DNA from: Roseibacillus sp.
GTDB lineage: Bacteria; Verrucomicrobiota; Verrucomicrobiia; Verrucomicrobiales; Akkermansiaceae
DNA: 64,000 nucleotides
Assembly (NCBI GenBank): GCA_051251855.1
Contig: JBPOGI010000001.1
Location: forward strand, 224,001-288,000
Reading direction: 5' to 3'
The notes under the pieces were generated by a model that ran no database searches, was not told the origin of the DNA, and worked only from the letters and a program-made list of their open reading frames with translations. Of this stretch, positions 28,772 to 37,944 are shown piece after piece (the first letter of the stretch is position 1; every line of letters begins with the position of its first letter). A program made the translations under genes and the position numbers.

Positions 28772-30388
28772 TTAAGGATGCCAATCGAAAGAATCGATCA
28801 TCCTGACTTCAAGATAGCGGGCGATTGAGCCCGGAGACGGATCGGACCAAGCAAGAGTTACGGTCATCGGTATTCCTTTCCGAAAAGCAAGCCCACTGCG
28901 GTAGGCCTTGAGTTGCTCGAGAATTTCACCCTTTTTGTTGAAATAGGCTTTTACGGGATTCCGGTCATTGGGAAAGGTGCCCAGTTTGAGGGTGGCTTTA
29001 GTGGCGTGGTCTGCGACCTCTTCCGTCTCAAAGCATTTTGCAACACACTCACCGAGCACAAAAAAACGTGCGGGTCGGTCCAGAGGATTGGCCGCATAGC
29101 GAGCAAGCTTTTGTTGGTAGAATTCAAGAAAGGCTTCCGAGTGAATGCGAGGAGGCTCGCTTCCCGGCCACTTATGAAGCTCAACGGCCATGGGCTTGGC
29201 TGGAGTGTTGTCTTCTCCGGCCCACCCAACGACGTAGAAGAAGTCGGTTCTCTTTTCTTGTTCGTCGGTGAGGACATCCATGAAAAGTGTCGTGGCTGGT
29301 GTGGGAATGGGACCAGCGAGCGGGGAAGAGACGGTTTTAGGATTGCTGACGCTTTCTGCTGAGAGGAAGTCTTTGCGTTGCTCCAGAGATTCAGCGCTGA
29401 GAAAGCTGGCGAGGATCTTTTGTACCTCCCTTGGATCATTACTGATTGAGCTGAAGCCTTGGGGGAGTGGAGTTTCTCCTTCGCGAAAGTCTTCTCCATC
29501 GGGCAATTGTGGTTCGGGCTCGGTTACCTCGGGCTCTTCATCTTCTGCGGGTGCGGCAGGAGCGGGCTCGCTGGGCGGAGGGACATTCTCTGGAAGGGCA
29601 GGTTCTTCGATAAATGCTGAGGGTGGTATCTCGATTTCGCTGCTCTTTTGAGGAGGGAGAGTCTCCACCGCAGAAGGGGGGGCGGTGGGGCTGGCTTGTT
29701 CGGCTGGTTGAGATTTATCGAGGCCGAAGAGGCTTTTTAGAGGATTAAAGCCGACGGCTCCAGTGTAACTCAAAATAGCAAAGACTGCGATTGTCATCAG
29801 AATCAAGGTAGCTAAGAGAAAGAGTAAGCTAGGGATTCGACTGCTTTGTTTTGTTGGCGTGGGTGCTTTACCAGAACTGGATGGTGCGAGTTCCTCTGGT
29901 TGGTGTGAGGCAAGTCCATCAGAGCTGCGGTTCTCGGGGAGTCCTTTAATAGGGGTGGGCTCGATAGGAAAAGGTGCTTCATCTGGAATGGGGTGCACTT
30001 CCGGTTGTGCAGGGGGGGGAGGGACGACGGTAGGAAAGACAATCTCCTCTCGAGCTGGAGGGGCTGTCTGTGCGGTGCGAGGTTGTTCCTGAGTTTCTGG
30101 GGTTGCAGGAGGGATGGGCTCACGATAGGCCTGAGAAGGGGCAATTTCTTGAGGGGGAGTTTCCTGAGGAACTTCCTGCGGAATGGTCGTCGCGGGCTGC
30201 TGTGGTTGAGCTGGCGGCTCGGAGGGGAAGACAGGTTGCTGGGGAATTGGGGCCTGAGATTGAGGATGAGGCGCTGTTATCGAGCTTTGGCACGACGGAC
30301 ATGGGCCAGTCACTCCTGCAAGTGCTGCAGGGACATCGAGTTGAATCCCACAAGAGGGACAATTAAAGCGGATTTTTTCTGGGTTCAT
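28772..30388 (-). CDS. Zinc-ribbon, Pro-rich, single-TM protein
   Basis: N-terminal CPSC...CPSC, Pro-rich linkers and one TM helix. Start taken at MNPEK. Confidence 0.8.
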   Translation of the reverse strand: MNPEKIRFNCPSCGIQLDVPAALAGVTGPCPSCQSSITAPHPQSQAPIPQQPVFPSEPPAQPQQPATTIPQEVPQETPPQEIAPSQAYREPIPPATPETQEQPRTAQTAPPAREEIVFPTVVPPPPAQPEVHPIPDEAPFPIEPTPIKGLPENRSSDGLASHQPEELAPSSSGKAPTPTKQSSRIPSLLFLLATLILMTIAVFAILSYTGAVGFNPLKSLFGLDKSQPAEQASPTAPPSAVETLPPQKSSEIEIPPSAFIEEPALPENVPPPSEPAPAAPAEDEEPEVTEPEPQLPDGEDFREGETPLPQGFSSISNDPREVQKILASFLSAESLEQRKDFLSAESVSNPKTVSSPLAGPIPTPATTLFMDVLTDEQEKRTDFFYVVGWAGEDNTPAKPMAVELHKWPGSEPPRIHSEAFLEFYQQKLARYAANPLDRPARFFVLGECVAKCFETEEVADHATKATLKLGTFPNDRNPVKAYFNKKGEILEQLKAYRSGLAFRKGIPMTVTLAWSDPSPGSIARYLEVRMIDSFDWHP

Positions 30389-30474
30389 GCCTGAGGGAAA
30401 GCGGTTCGAAGTGAGTCTCTCGCCAAGAGACCGGTGGTCAACTCGTGAGTGTGTCCCCCTTGTTGATCCCAGCT

Positions 30475-30864
30475 TTATTCCTCTTGAAAGGCGAGCGTGC
30501 CATCCGCTGCTACTTTGCGATAGAAGCAGGTGGAACGTTTGGTGTGACAACAGCCTCCACCCATTTGTTCAACTTCTAATATGAGGGCGTCCTGATCGCA
30601 GTCGGTTCGGATGGCGATAATTTTTTGAAATTCCCCAGAGGTGGCCCCTTTATGCCAGAGGGTTTGGCGACTGCGTGAGTAGTAGACTGCTTCTTGCTTC
30701 TCGAGCGTTTGAATGAGCGACTCACGATTCATATAGGCCAGCATGAGTGGTTCTTTGGACTGAGCGTCGATGGCCATCGCGGGAATGAGGCCATTTTCAT
30801 CGAATTTGGGCATGAACGAGAGGCCATTCTCGATAGCATCTTTGTCCGTTTGAGGAATAATCAT
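30475..30864 (-). CDS. hisI: Phosphoribosyl-AMP cyclohydrolase
   Basis: LMLAYMN, YSRSR, LWHKGATSG, DCDQD and CH...CF motifs. Confidence 0.95.
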   Translation of the reverse strand: MIIPQTDKDAIENGLSFMPKFDENGLIPAMAIDAQSKEPLMLAYMNRESLIQTLEKQEAVYYSRSRQTLWHKGATSGEFQKIIAIRTDCDQDALILEVEQMGGGCCHTKRSTCFYRKVAADGTLAFQEE

Positions 30865-31922
30865 CAGGAAATGGTTTCGGTGTCGGCTGCGGAGCCTGTT
30901 TTAGGAAGAGTTAAAGCATGAAGAGCGGCTTCGATTTCGGGGTTCACCTCGTTTTCAACCGCTTTGGCCGCCATGTGGAGAGCGTTACGAATAGCGAGAG
31001 AAGTGGAGGAACCGTGGGAAATGATGACGGTTCCACGAACTCCGAGAAGGGGAGAGCCCCCGTAGGTCTCGTAATTGGTTCTCTCTTTGACGTTGCCGAA
31101 GGCTCCCTTGGAGAGCAAGGCTCCGAGAACACGGAAGGGGTTGCGCTTGAACTCTTTCTTGAGCCATTTGGACATCGCTTTGGCTGTGGCTTCGCATGAT
31201 TTGAGAACAACGTTACCGGTGAAGCCGTCGCAGAGGCAGACATCGAGTTTGGTCTCGAAGAGGTCGTGTCCCTCGACATTACCGCGGAAATCGAAATTGG
31301 CGTGGCCGGATTCGACCATGTGTTTCAGGAGGATCAGGGCTTCCTTGGTGAGAGTGGTTCCTTTTTCTTCTTCTTCGCCATTGGACATGATGCCAACAAC
31401 GGGTTTTTCAACGGACAAAACCTTGTGGGCGTAGACGGCTCCCATTACAGCGTATGTGGCGAGGTGTTTTGCCTTGGCTTCTGGATTGGCTCCGGCATCG
31501 AGGATGTTACAGGTGCCGAATTCATTAGGGATAGGGGAGGCGATGCCTGCTCGATCGACGCCTTTGAGAAGGCGGAGTTTGATCGTGGCGGAGGCTACTG
31601 CAGCTCCAGTATTTCCTGCAGAAACCACTGCTTGGGCTTCCCCTTGTTTGACCAGATCGGTGGCAATAGCGATGGAGCTGTCACGTTTGCGGCGAATCGC
31701 CTTCGCTCCGGATTCGTGCATTTCTACCACTTGGCTGGCGTGCAGGATGCGGGCCTTGGGGCTGGAGAGATTGTTGCGGGTGCAGCTTTCTTTAAGAGCC
31801 TCTTCGTCGCCGACGAGAATGATCTCGTCGATTTGCGGATAAAGGTTCAAGGCGTCACGAGCACCGATCACGTTTACGTCGGGGGCTTTATCCCCGCCCA
31901 TGGCATCCAGTGCGATTATCAT
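30864..31922 (-). CDS. plsX: Phosphate acyltransferase
   Basis: IALDAMGGD, SAGNTGA, DGFTGN, GGSPLLG and SHGSS motifs. Confidence 0.97.
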   Translation of the reverse strand: MIIALDAMGGDKAPDVNVIGARDALNLYPQIDEIILVGDEEALKESCTRNNLSSPKARILHASQVVEMHESGAKAIRRKRDSSIAIATDLVKQGEAQAVVSAGNTGAAVASATIKLRLLKGVDRAGIASPIPNEFGTCNILDAGANPEAKAKHLATYAVMGAVYAHKVLSVEKPVVGIMSNGEEEEKGTTLTKEALILLKHMVESGHANFDFRGNVEGHDLFETKLDVCLCDGFTGNVVLKSCEATAKAMSKWLKKEFKRNPFRVLGALLSKGAFGNVKERTNYETYGGSPLLGVRGTVIISHGSSTSLAIRNALHMAAKAVENEVNPEIEAALHALTLPKTGSAADTETIS

Positions 31923-31934
31923 TAGTAATAGAAA

Positions 31935-31965
31935 TAAAAACGGCGACGGGGGATGCCGTCGCCGT
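31935..31965 (-). terminator. Intrinsic terminator/attenuator between rpmF and plsX
   Basis: Perfect 10-bp stem acggcgacgg/ccgtcgccgt followed by a T run on the minus strand. Confidence 0.75.
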
Positions 31966-31996
31966 AAAAATCGAGTATCTGAGTCAGCAGGTGTCG

Positions 31997-32179
31997 TTAG
32001 ACGACGTCTACGTCGAGAACTTGACGCTCACGGTAAGTGCCACAGGAAGGGCACGCGATATGACCGGGGACGCGGCTACCGCACTCGGGGCACTCTTTCA
32101 AAAGAGGCGCACGCCAACGGTTCGCACCACGGCGCATTTTCTGCTTCATCTTGGAGGTTCTGCGTTTTGGAGATGCCAT
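31997..32179 (-). CDS. rpmF: 50S ribosomal protein L32 (Zn-ribbon type)
   Basis: MASPKRRTSK...CPECG...HIACPSCGTY in the yceD-rpmF-plsX context. Confidence 0.96.
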   Translation of the reverse strand: MASPKRRTSKMKQKMRRGANRWRAPLLKECPECGSRVPGHIACPSCGTYRERQVLDVDVV

Positions 32180-32191
32180 AGTAAAAAAGAG

Positions 32192-32686
32192 TTAGGATTC
32201 GTCCGTTTGGAATGAGTCTAGTGCTGACCAGCGACTGTCTGCTTCCTCGCGGGGCGCAGGGTCTACATCATCCGAATGGACTTTGTCCACTGCTAAATAA
32301 AGAGGATCGATTTCGCATTTCTGCAAGGTGTCAGCAATATCGCAAGTGGGATGGTGCGGAATCTCCAGCAAAAGCTCTTCCCGTAAGGCTTCGGTGGCAT
32401 CGACCTCTCCGAAATTGCCTACTTCGATAGCAACAGCAGCTTGAGGTAAAGAGAGCGTTTTTGTGAAGGGGTGGAGGGTGCGAACGCATTCAAATTCGAA
32501 AGGGCATGACAAAGAGCCTTGGAGGAGAACTTCGCCTTCGAAGCGCTGTACGTTCAGCTCGAATGCCAAAGGCCCCTTGGGTTGAGGATCCTGCTCCCTG
32601 AGCTCGAAAATTGAAGGATCGAGCTCACCCTTAACTACTTTTCCATCTTCAGGCAGGTCGCCTAGGTCGATAATCAGCTTGTTCAT
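32192..32686 (-). CDS. yceD: DUF177/YceD family protein
   Basis: ECVRTL, LREELLL and DSRWSAL motifs, directly upstream of rpmF. Confidence 0.88.
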   Translation of the reverse strand: MNKLIIDLGDLPEDGKVVKGELDPSIFELREQDPQPKGPLAFELNVQRFEGEVLLQGSLSCPFEFECVRTLHPFTKTLSLPQAAVAIEVGNFGEVDATEALREELLLEIPHHPTCDIADTLQKCEIDPLYLAVDKVHSDDVDPAPREEADSRWSALDSFQTDES

Positions 32687-32735
32687 GGAGAAGATTGTAG
32701 ATTGAAAGAGCGCCTTTGGGTATGGAAATGACGTC

Positions 32736-33320
32736 GTGGCGCGAATTCCCCCTGATGTTTTACTTGGAGCGTATGCTCAAGGTGTTTTTCCGATGGCGGA
32801 GGACGGGGAGATTTATTGGTTTTCTCCTGAGAAGCGTGGCTTGATTCCTGTCGATGAGCGTTTTCATATTTCTCGAGGTCTGCGCAAAGCGCTCCGTAAA
32901 AATCCCTTCGAAGTGAAGCGAGATACGGCCTTCCAAGAGGTAATGGAAGGGTGTGCGGAGCGATCTGAAACTTGGATCGATGGCAAAATTGTGGAAAGCT
33001 ACTGCGAGCTGTTTGAGCTGGGATTTGCTCATAGTTTCGAGAGTTGGGATGATGAGGGCCTGCAAGGGGGGCTCTATGGAGTGCGGATTGGCGGGGTTTT
33101 CTTTGGGGAATCGATGTTTAGCCGTAAAGCTGAAGCGAGTAAGATTGCGCTGGTTCATCTTGTGGACTGGATGAGGGGTGAGGGGATGGTTCTATTAGAT
33201 ACGCAATGGCTGACCGAGCATCTCAAGCAGTTTGGAGGCTACGAGATTCCCCGTGGAGTGTATTTGGAGCTTCTAAGGGAGGCTATTGATGGCTTTGGAG
33301 AGGTTGCCGATGAGAGCTAG
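32736..33320 (+). CDS. aat: Leucyl/phenylalanyl-tRNA-protein transferase
   Basis: AYAQGVFPM, TWI, AHSFE, GGLYG, FFGESMFS, ASKIAL and LDTQ motifs. Confidence 0.95.
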   Translation: MARIPPDVLLGAYAQGVFPMAEDGEIYWFSPEKRGLIPVDERFHISRGLRKALRKNPFEVKRDTAFQEVMEGCAERSETWIDGKIVESYCELFELGFAHSFESWDDEGLQGGLYGVRIGGVFFGESMFSRKAEASKIALVHLVDWMRGEGMVLLDTQWLTEHLKQFGGYEIPRGVYLELLREAIDGFGEVADES

Positions 33321-33466
33321 AGAGTGAATGCCCTTTCGGCCTCGGTGTTTCTTTCATTCCAGGTACTTTGGGAGAATAGATTGAAAAGGTGAAAACTCGT
33401 CTCGGTTTTGTCTTTACAGCTTGGCCGTGAGAAGTAGTCTCGCCGCCCCTCGCAGGGAAAATTCTC

Positions 33467-33631
33467 ATGAAAGTTCTTAGTTCTTTGGCTTCAATGAAGC
33501 GCCGCCACGCAGGATGTCAGGTTGTTAAACGCAAAGGCACCCTTTACGTGATTAATAAAACCGACCCCAAGTTCAAGGCTCGCCAAGGCACCACTAAAGG
33601 TACCAAGCTTTCCAAGAAGGGCGTCAAGTAA
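33467..33631 (+). CDS. rpmJ: 50S ribosomal protein L36, type B (Zn-independent) with Lys-rich C-terminal extension
   Basis: Translates to [54 protein letters not shown] (54 aa, absent from the ORF track). Confidence 0.93.
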   Translation: MKVLSSLASMKRRHAGCQVVKRKGTLYVINKTDPKFKARQGTTKGTKLSKKGVK

Positions 33632-33654
33632 GAGCTCCTTCTGCTCATTTTTTT

Positions 33655-33682
33655 AAAAGCGGCCTATATGGTCGCTTTTTTT
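33655..33682 (+). terminator. Rho-independent terminator after rpmJ
   Basis: aaaagcggcc-tatat-ggtcgctttt hairpin with T run. Confidence 0.8.
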
Positions 33683-33764
33683 GTGCTTTTTACGGCGTTC
33701 AAAATACTTCTGTCATAAAACTTCTTGATTAAGGTATCTAAATCATATACTTTTCTAAAAAGTT

Positions 33765-34595
33765 ATGAAGACCGAAAGATTTGTCCGTTCCCGTTCACTC
33801 ACGTTCTCCCGTGCCATTGCTTTGTCATGGCTTTGTTCGGAAGTTGCGATATCTGCGCCAGTGGATTCCGAAATCGTTATTTTAGTTGATGGGCAGACCT
33901 TCTCGCAAGCGAGTTTCGATCTGATGCTTGATGGGGTAGCTGATGCGTTCGAGCAGCAGTCTTTCATTGATAGTGTCACTGGAGGGCCTTACGGGTCTAT
34001 CGCGGCTTCTGTGATGGTTTTTACTGGCGGAGGGTCTTACACGGCGATTCCTTGGATGGAGATGTCGAGTGCGGGAGATCTTCAGGCTTTTAGTTCATCT
34101 GTTCGAAATGTGGCTGCGCCGGCTTCGTTCGGCCTCATTAGCTATGTCGATGCGATTGCTGCCGGTGCTGCTTCCATTGCTAATTCGACCGCGGAGGGAG
34201 TCATTAAGCAGATGACGATTATTGAAGATGGAGGTTATTTTTTCTTTAGCGATACGGGCGCAGAGATTCAGGCTGCTAGGGATTCCGCTCTAGCGAGTGG
34301 GGTCGATGTTATCAATTCCGTGGTCTATAACTCAGACGGCCGCGAAGATGTGATTCAGGACTACTACGATGCCAATGTGGTGAGTGGTGGACCAAATGGG
34401 CAGGCCAATGTCATTGGTGGATCGTCTTTCGGAGCGCCCGGTGGCGCCTTGGGTGAAGCCATCCAAGAAAGTATCGGAGAGACTGTTAGTCAGCCGACCA
34501 TTGACTCTAACAATCTGGCTGCGGTGCCTGAGCCCAGTGTGGCTCTTTTGGGTGCAATGTCTGGGCTTGCGCTGTTAGTGCGTCGTCGACGTTAG
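33765..34595 (+). CDS. DUF1194/vWA-like PEP-CTERM protein
   Basis: PVDSEIVILVD, GSIAA and IIEDG vWA-like motifs; VPEPS-TM-RRRR tail. Confidence 0.8.
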   Translation: MKTERFVRSRSLTFSRAIALSWLCSEVAISAPVDSEIVILVDGQTFSQASFDLMLDGVADAFEQQSFIDSVTGGPYGSIAASVMVFTGGGSYTAIPWMEMSSAGDLQAFSSSVRNVAAPASFGLISYVDAIAAGAASIANSTAEGVIKQMTIIEDGGYFFFSDTGAEIQAARDSALASGVDVINSVVYNSDGREDVIQDYYDANVVSGGPNGQANVIGGSSFGAPGGALGEAIQESIGETVSQPTIDSNNLAAVPEPSVALLGAMSGLALLVRRRR

Positions 34596-36001
34596 TTCTC
34601 TTGCTTGTAGCTCTTGCGTAAGTGAGAGGGCAAGATGTTGAGTTGCTCGCGATACTTGGCCACTGTGCGGCGGGCAACTTTGATGCCTTGGGACTTGAGG
34701 GCTTTCTCAATCGCTGAGTCGGAGAGGGGTTTGAGATGGTTCTCGTTTGCCACGATGTCTTGGATGGCTTGACGAACTCCTGCGTTGGAGACATCGGCTC
34801 CACTTGAAGTGTGGTAGCCTGTGGCAAAAAATTTGCGCATCTCGATGATGCCATGAGGGGTCTCGATGTATTTTCCGGCGACGGCTCTTGAGACGGTGGT
34901 GGGATGAACGCCAATGGTATCAGCGACATCGTTCATGGTGAGCGGTCGGAGGTGGCGTGAGCCTTTGTCGAGGAAGTCGGGCTGATGCTTAATGATTTCA
35001 GCGGTGATGGCGATGATGGTGTCTTGCCGTTGGTCGAGGGCTCGGATGAGTACGCGGCCGTCGCGAATTTGATCTCGTAAGTAGGAACGCACCTTCTTGT
35101 CGGGAGTGCTGGAGAGCATGTCCTTGTAGGTGTCGGCGATTCGAAGGCGAGGAAGGTTTTCGTTGGTGGATTGTGCGACCCATTGGCCTTCGTCCCATGT
35201 GATTCGGGCGTCGGCGCTGATGATAGGGTTGCGGGTGCCGTCGAAGATAGCGCCAGGGGAGGGGTCAAGGGCTGCGATGTGTTCGGCTGCTCTGGCAATG
35301 TGATCGACGGTGACCTTCATTGAGCGAGCGATCTGTGGAAATTGTTTGCGAGCGAGGCCGTCGAGGTGGCTGGAGATCAGGCGATGCTCGAGGGAGTCGG
35401 CGAGGCCTAGGCGTTCCAGTTGAAGTAGAAGAGAGTCTTGGAGGTTGCGGGCGGCGATGCCTGGAGGATCGAGGGTGTGAAGGAGGGCGAGGGCTTCTTC
35501 GAGAAGTTCGCTAGGTATTTCCAAGCGGGCAGCGAGTTCTTCAAGTGGTTCGGTGAAAAATCCACGATCATCTAAGTTTCCGATGAGGGCCATGCAGGTC
35601 AATCTGAGCTGCTCAGGGAGGGCGGATTCTTCGACTTGATTGGTGAGGTGGCTTGCCAGCGATTGGGGAGCTACGAGAGAATTGTAGAGGAACTCGCGGC
35701 GTTCTTCGGAGTCAGGGTTACTTCCAAGGGCGCGGCTTTCCATGATTGCGAGGTCACGCAAGTCGTCGTCATAAGTGTCGTGATGCTCGTCAAAATCGTC
35801 TTCATCGGCTTCATCGAAATCGAGGTCTTCGATAGAATCACTTTCGGTGATATCCTCCAAGGTGGGGTTCACCTCGATCTGTTGGCGTAGAAGCTGCGAG
35901 AGCTCCAGTGTATTAGCTTGCAGGATCTCCAAGCTCTGGCGCATCTGAGGCGCGAGAGTTTGTGATTGGGAGAGATTTTGCGAGAGAGCTGGACCAGCCA
36001 T
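34592..36001 (-). CDS. rpoN: RNA polymerase sigma-54 factor
   Basis: Q/L-rich region I, HPTTVSRA HTH and RpoN box ARRTVAKYRE. Confidence 0.97.
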   Translation of the reverse strand: MAGPALSQNLSQSQTLAPQMRQSLEILQANTLELSQLLRQQIEVNPTLEDITESDSIEDLDFDEADEDDFDEHHDTYDDDLRDLAIMESRALGSNPDSEERREFLYNSLVAPQSLASHLTNQVEESALPEQLRLTCMALIGNLDDRGFFTEPLEELAARLEIPSELLEEALALLHTLDPPGIAARNLQDSLLLQLERLGLADSLEHRLISSHLDGLARKQFPQIARSMKVTVDHIARAAEHIAALDPSPGAIFDGTRNPIISADARITWDEGQWVAQSTNENLPRLRIADTYKDMLSSTPDKKVRSYLRDQIRDGRVLIRALDQRQDTIIAITAEIIKHQPDFLDKGSRHLRPLTMNDVADTIGVHPTTVSRAVAGKYIETPHGIIEMRKFFATGYHTSSGADVSNAGVRQAIQDIVANENHLKPLSDSAIEKALKSQGIKVARRTVAKYREQLNILPSHLRKSYKQEN

Positions 36002-36052
36002 GACGGTTAGGAGTGTTACCCTAAAAGTCGGGGAAGGCTAGAATTTTTATAA

Positions 36053-36067
36053 GCAGTTTTTATGCCA
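36053..36067 (-). promoter_or_regulatory. Putative sigma54 -24/-12 element upstream of rpoN
   Basis: Minus strand reads TGGCATAAAAACTGC, with canonical GG-N10-GC spacing, about 50 bp before the ATG. Confidence 0.55.
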
Positions 36068-36108
36068 AACGAGAAATTGTTGTTTGACTTTGATTTGAAA
36101 TTGGGGAG

Positions 36109-36615
36109 CTAGACGTTGAAATCCTCGTGAACAGGGTCTTGTAGCTGGACTTCGGTGATGACCCATTGCCCGCCCTTTTTCTTCCAAAGCAGCCGAACTG
36201 GCATTGTTTGAGGGTAGGAAACATTGTCTCGTAGGATTATATCCAGTTGGATAGTGGCGTCCATTTCGGCCTGATCTGCTGCCTGAAGCTTCACGAAAAA
36301 ATCGCCTGTTCTTTTCGCTTGAGAGCTCTTCGCGGCAGTGCGGAACTTGATGAGATAGAGTTCACGCATCTCAGCGGGGCTGACCGTTCCAGAAATGATG
36401 GAGTTTCCCGAACCCGAGAATTCGACTTCGGATGCAAAATGAGCAGCAAACTTGTCAGCTTCTTTGTCCATGTCGGCTAGGCTAATGGTTCCAAAGCTGA
36501 GAGTTCCCAAAAGGGATTCGAGTCTTCGCTCTAGAACTTTAGGCGCGGAAAAGTAGTAGTAGGCGAATCCGGCTAATCCTAAAATCGCCATAAGTAGAAA
36601 CAGAAACTTCTTCAT
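36109..36615 (-). CDS. Hypothetical NTF2/SnoaL-like protein with N-terminal anchor
   Basis: MKKFLFLL signal/TM and a WKKKGGQWVIT C-terminal strand typical of NTF2-like folds. Confidence 0.65.
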   Translation of the reverse strand: MKKFLFLLMAILGLAGFAYYYFSAPKVLERRLESLLGTLSFGTISLADMDKEADKFAAHFASEVEFSGSGNSIISGTVSPAEMRELYLIKFRTAAKSSQAKRTGDFFVKLQAADQAEMDATIQLDIILRDNVSYPQTMPVRLLWKKKGGQWVITEVQLQDPVHEDFNV

Positions 36616-36678
36616 ACCAAAGATGTTCGAGGAAAGAGGTCTCCGGAGCAAACGGAATCGTTCGAAACCGCGGAGGGT

Positions 36679-37140
36679 TTAACGTCGGCCCAGCGGATCG
36701 GAGCCGTGGAGGTTGGGGCCGGGCGTTCCTACCAAGCATCCGCATTCAATTATCACCCAGATGCCCCCCACGAAGGGGATGAAGTGGAGGGCTGCCATCC
36801 ACCCGCTCTTCCCTCGGTCATGAAAGCGTTTGGCGGTGGCCGCGAGGCAGACCCACAGGGCGAGCACGCAGAAGGCAAGAATGAGAAGGGCTAGGATTGT
36901 AACCGTTGGGATGTGGGCGGTAGTTCCCGATTGCTCCGCCACAATTATCATGAAGATGATGATGAGGTAGGGGGGGGTCATCCCTGTCGATATTAAGGAG
37001 CCGATCCCGAGGCCGTAGCCCCAGTAATGGGAGCGGCTAAAGCGACCCTTAAAGCTGAAGAGCCTTTGTCTCAGGGTGGGAGGGTTGGCGTTTTGGAGGC
37101 TGAATTGAGCGACGGGGGCTTGATGGAGATTGTCAGGCAT
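36679..37140 (-). CDS. DUF805 membrane protein
   Basis: FSFKGRFSRSHYW, KRFHDRGKSGW, IPFVG and GPNLHG motifs. Confidence 0.9.
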   Translation of the reverse strand: MPDNLHQAPVAQFSLQNANPPTLRQRLFSFKGRFSRSHYWGYGLGIGSLISTGMTPPYLIIIFMIIVAEQSGTTAHIPTVTILALLILAFCVLALWVCLAATAKRFHDRGKSGWMAALHFIPFVGGIWVIIECGCLVGTPGPNLHGSDPLGRR

Positions 37141-37224
37141 CGCTTTGGTGATTGATAGCGTTAGGGTGATAGATGATTCTCTCGGAGTTGTAAAACTTGT
37201 TGAAACTCCGCCTATTCACCGAAA

Positions 37225-37944
37225 ATGACTGCTCTCTCCAAACTCGATAACCGTCGCGAGATCGAGTTGGCGGAGGGGGTGCATATTCACTTGCGGCCCG
37301 CAGGGCTGTTTCCGCGAATGTTGGCACGCATGATTGATATGACGATTTGGGTGACGGTCTATCTGGTTGTTCTGATGGCTCTCTCTCTGACGAGCTGGAT
37401 CGTGGGTGGGGAGGCGTCGCAGGGGCTCTCGCTTTTGCTGACCTTTGTGATGGTGTGGTTCTATGATCCGTTTTTTGAGGCGAGCAAAGCTTCGGCCACT
37501 CCTGGGAAAAGGGCGCTTAAGTTGAAGGTGGTGCAGCGTTCTGGTGCGCCGGTTGGTTTTGCCTCTGGTTTTTTACGATGTCTCTTGTTTTGGATTGATA
37601 TCCTGCCGGGGTTTGGATCGGTGGGGGCGGTGTCGATTTTGGCGTCGGGTAACTCTCAGCGGTTGGGAGATATGGTGGCGGATACCCTCGTGGTGTACCG
37701 CAGTCCTTCGGTGGTTGATGAGGTGGATTCAATTCCATCGCCTCCGGTTCGACCGGGTCTTCTCTTACAACGTGAGGAGCAATTGGCTTTTATTGGATAC
37801 GCGGATCGTTATCAGCGGTTGAGTCCAGCGCGTCAGAGCGAAGTGACCGCTCCTTTGGTTGCCTTGGATGCGGCTCAGAAGTCGCCGAACACGTCGTTGT
37901 TTGCTCTCGGAGTCGCGCGCTGGTTGTCGCAGAACGAAAAATGA
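37225..37944 (+). CDS. RDD family protein
   Basis: RMLARMID, TPGKR and QRLGDMVADTLVV motifs. Confidence 0.92.
   Translation: MTALSKLDNRREIELAEGVHIHLRPAGLFPRMLARMIDMTIWVTVYLVVLMALSLTSWIVGGEASQGLSLLLTFVMVWFYDPFFEASKASATPGKRALKLKVVQRSGAPVGFASGFLRCLLFWIDILPGFGSVGAVSILASGNSQRLGDMVADTLVVYRSPSVVDEVDSIPSPPVRPGLLLQREEQLAFIGYADRYQRLSPARQSEVTAPLVALDAAQKSPNTSLFALGVARWLSQNEK

Noticed and set aside
30389..30550. N-terminal extension of the zinc-ribbon ORF given in the track
   Set aside because: Overlaps hisI; the ATG at 30388 directly before the Zn ribbon is more plausible.
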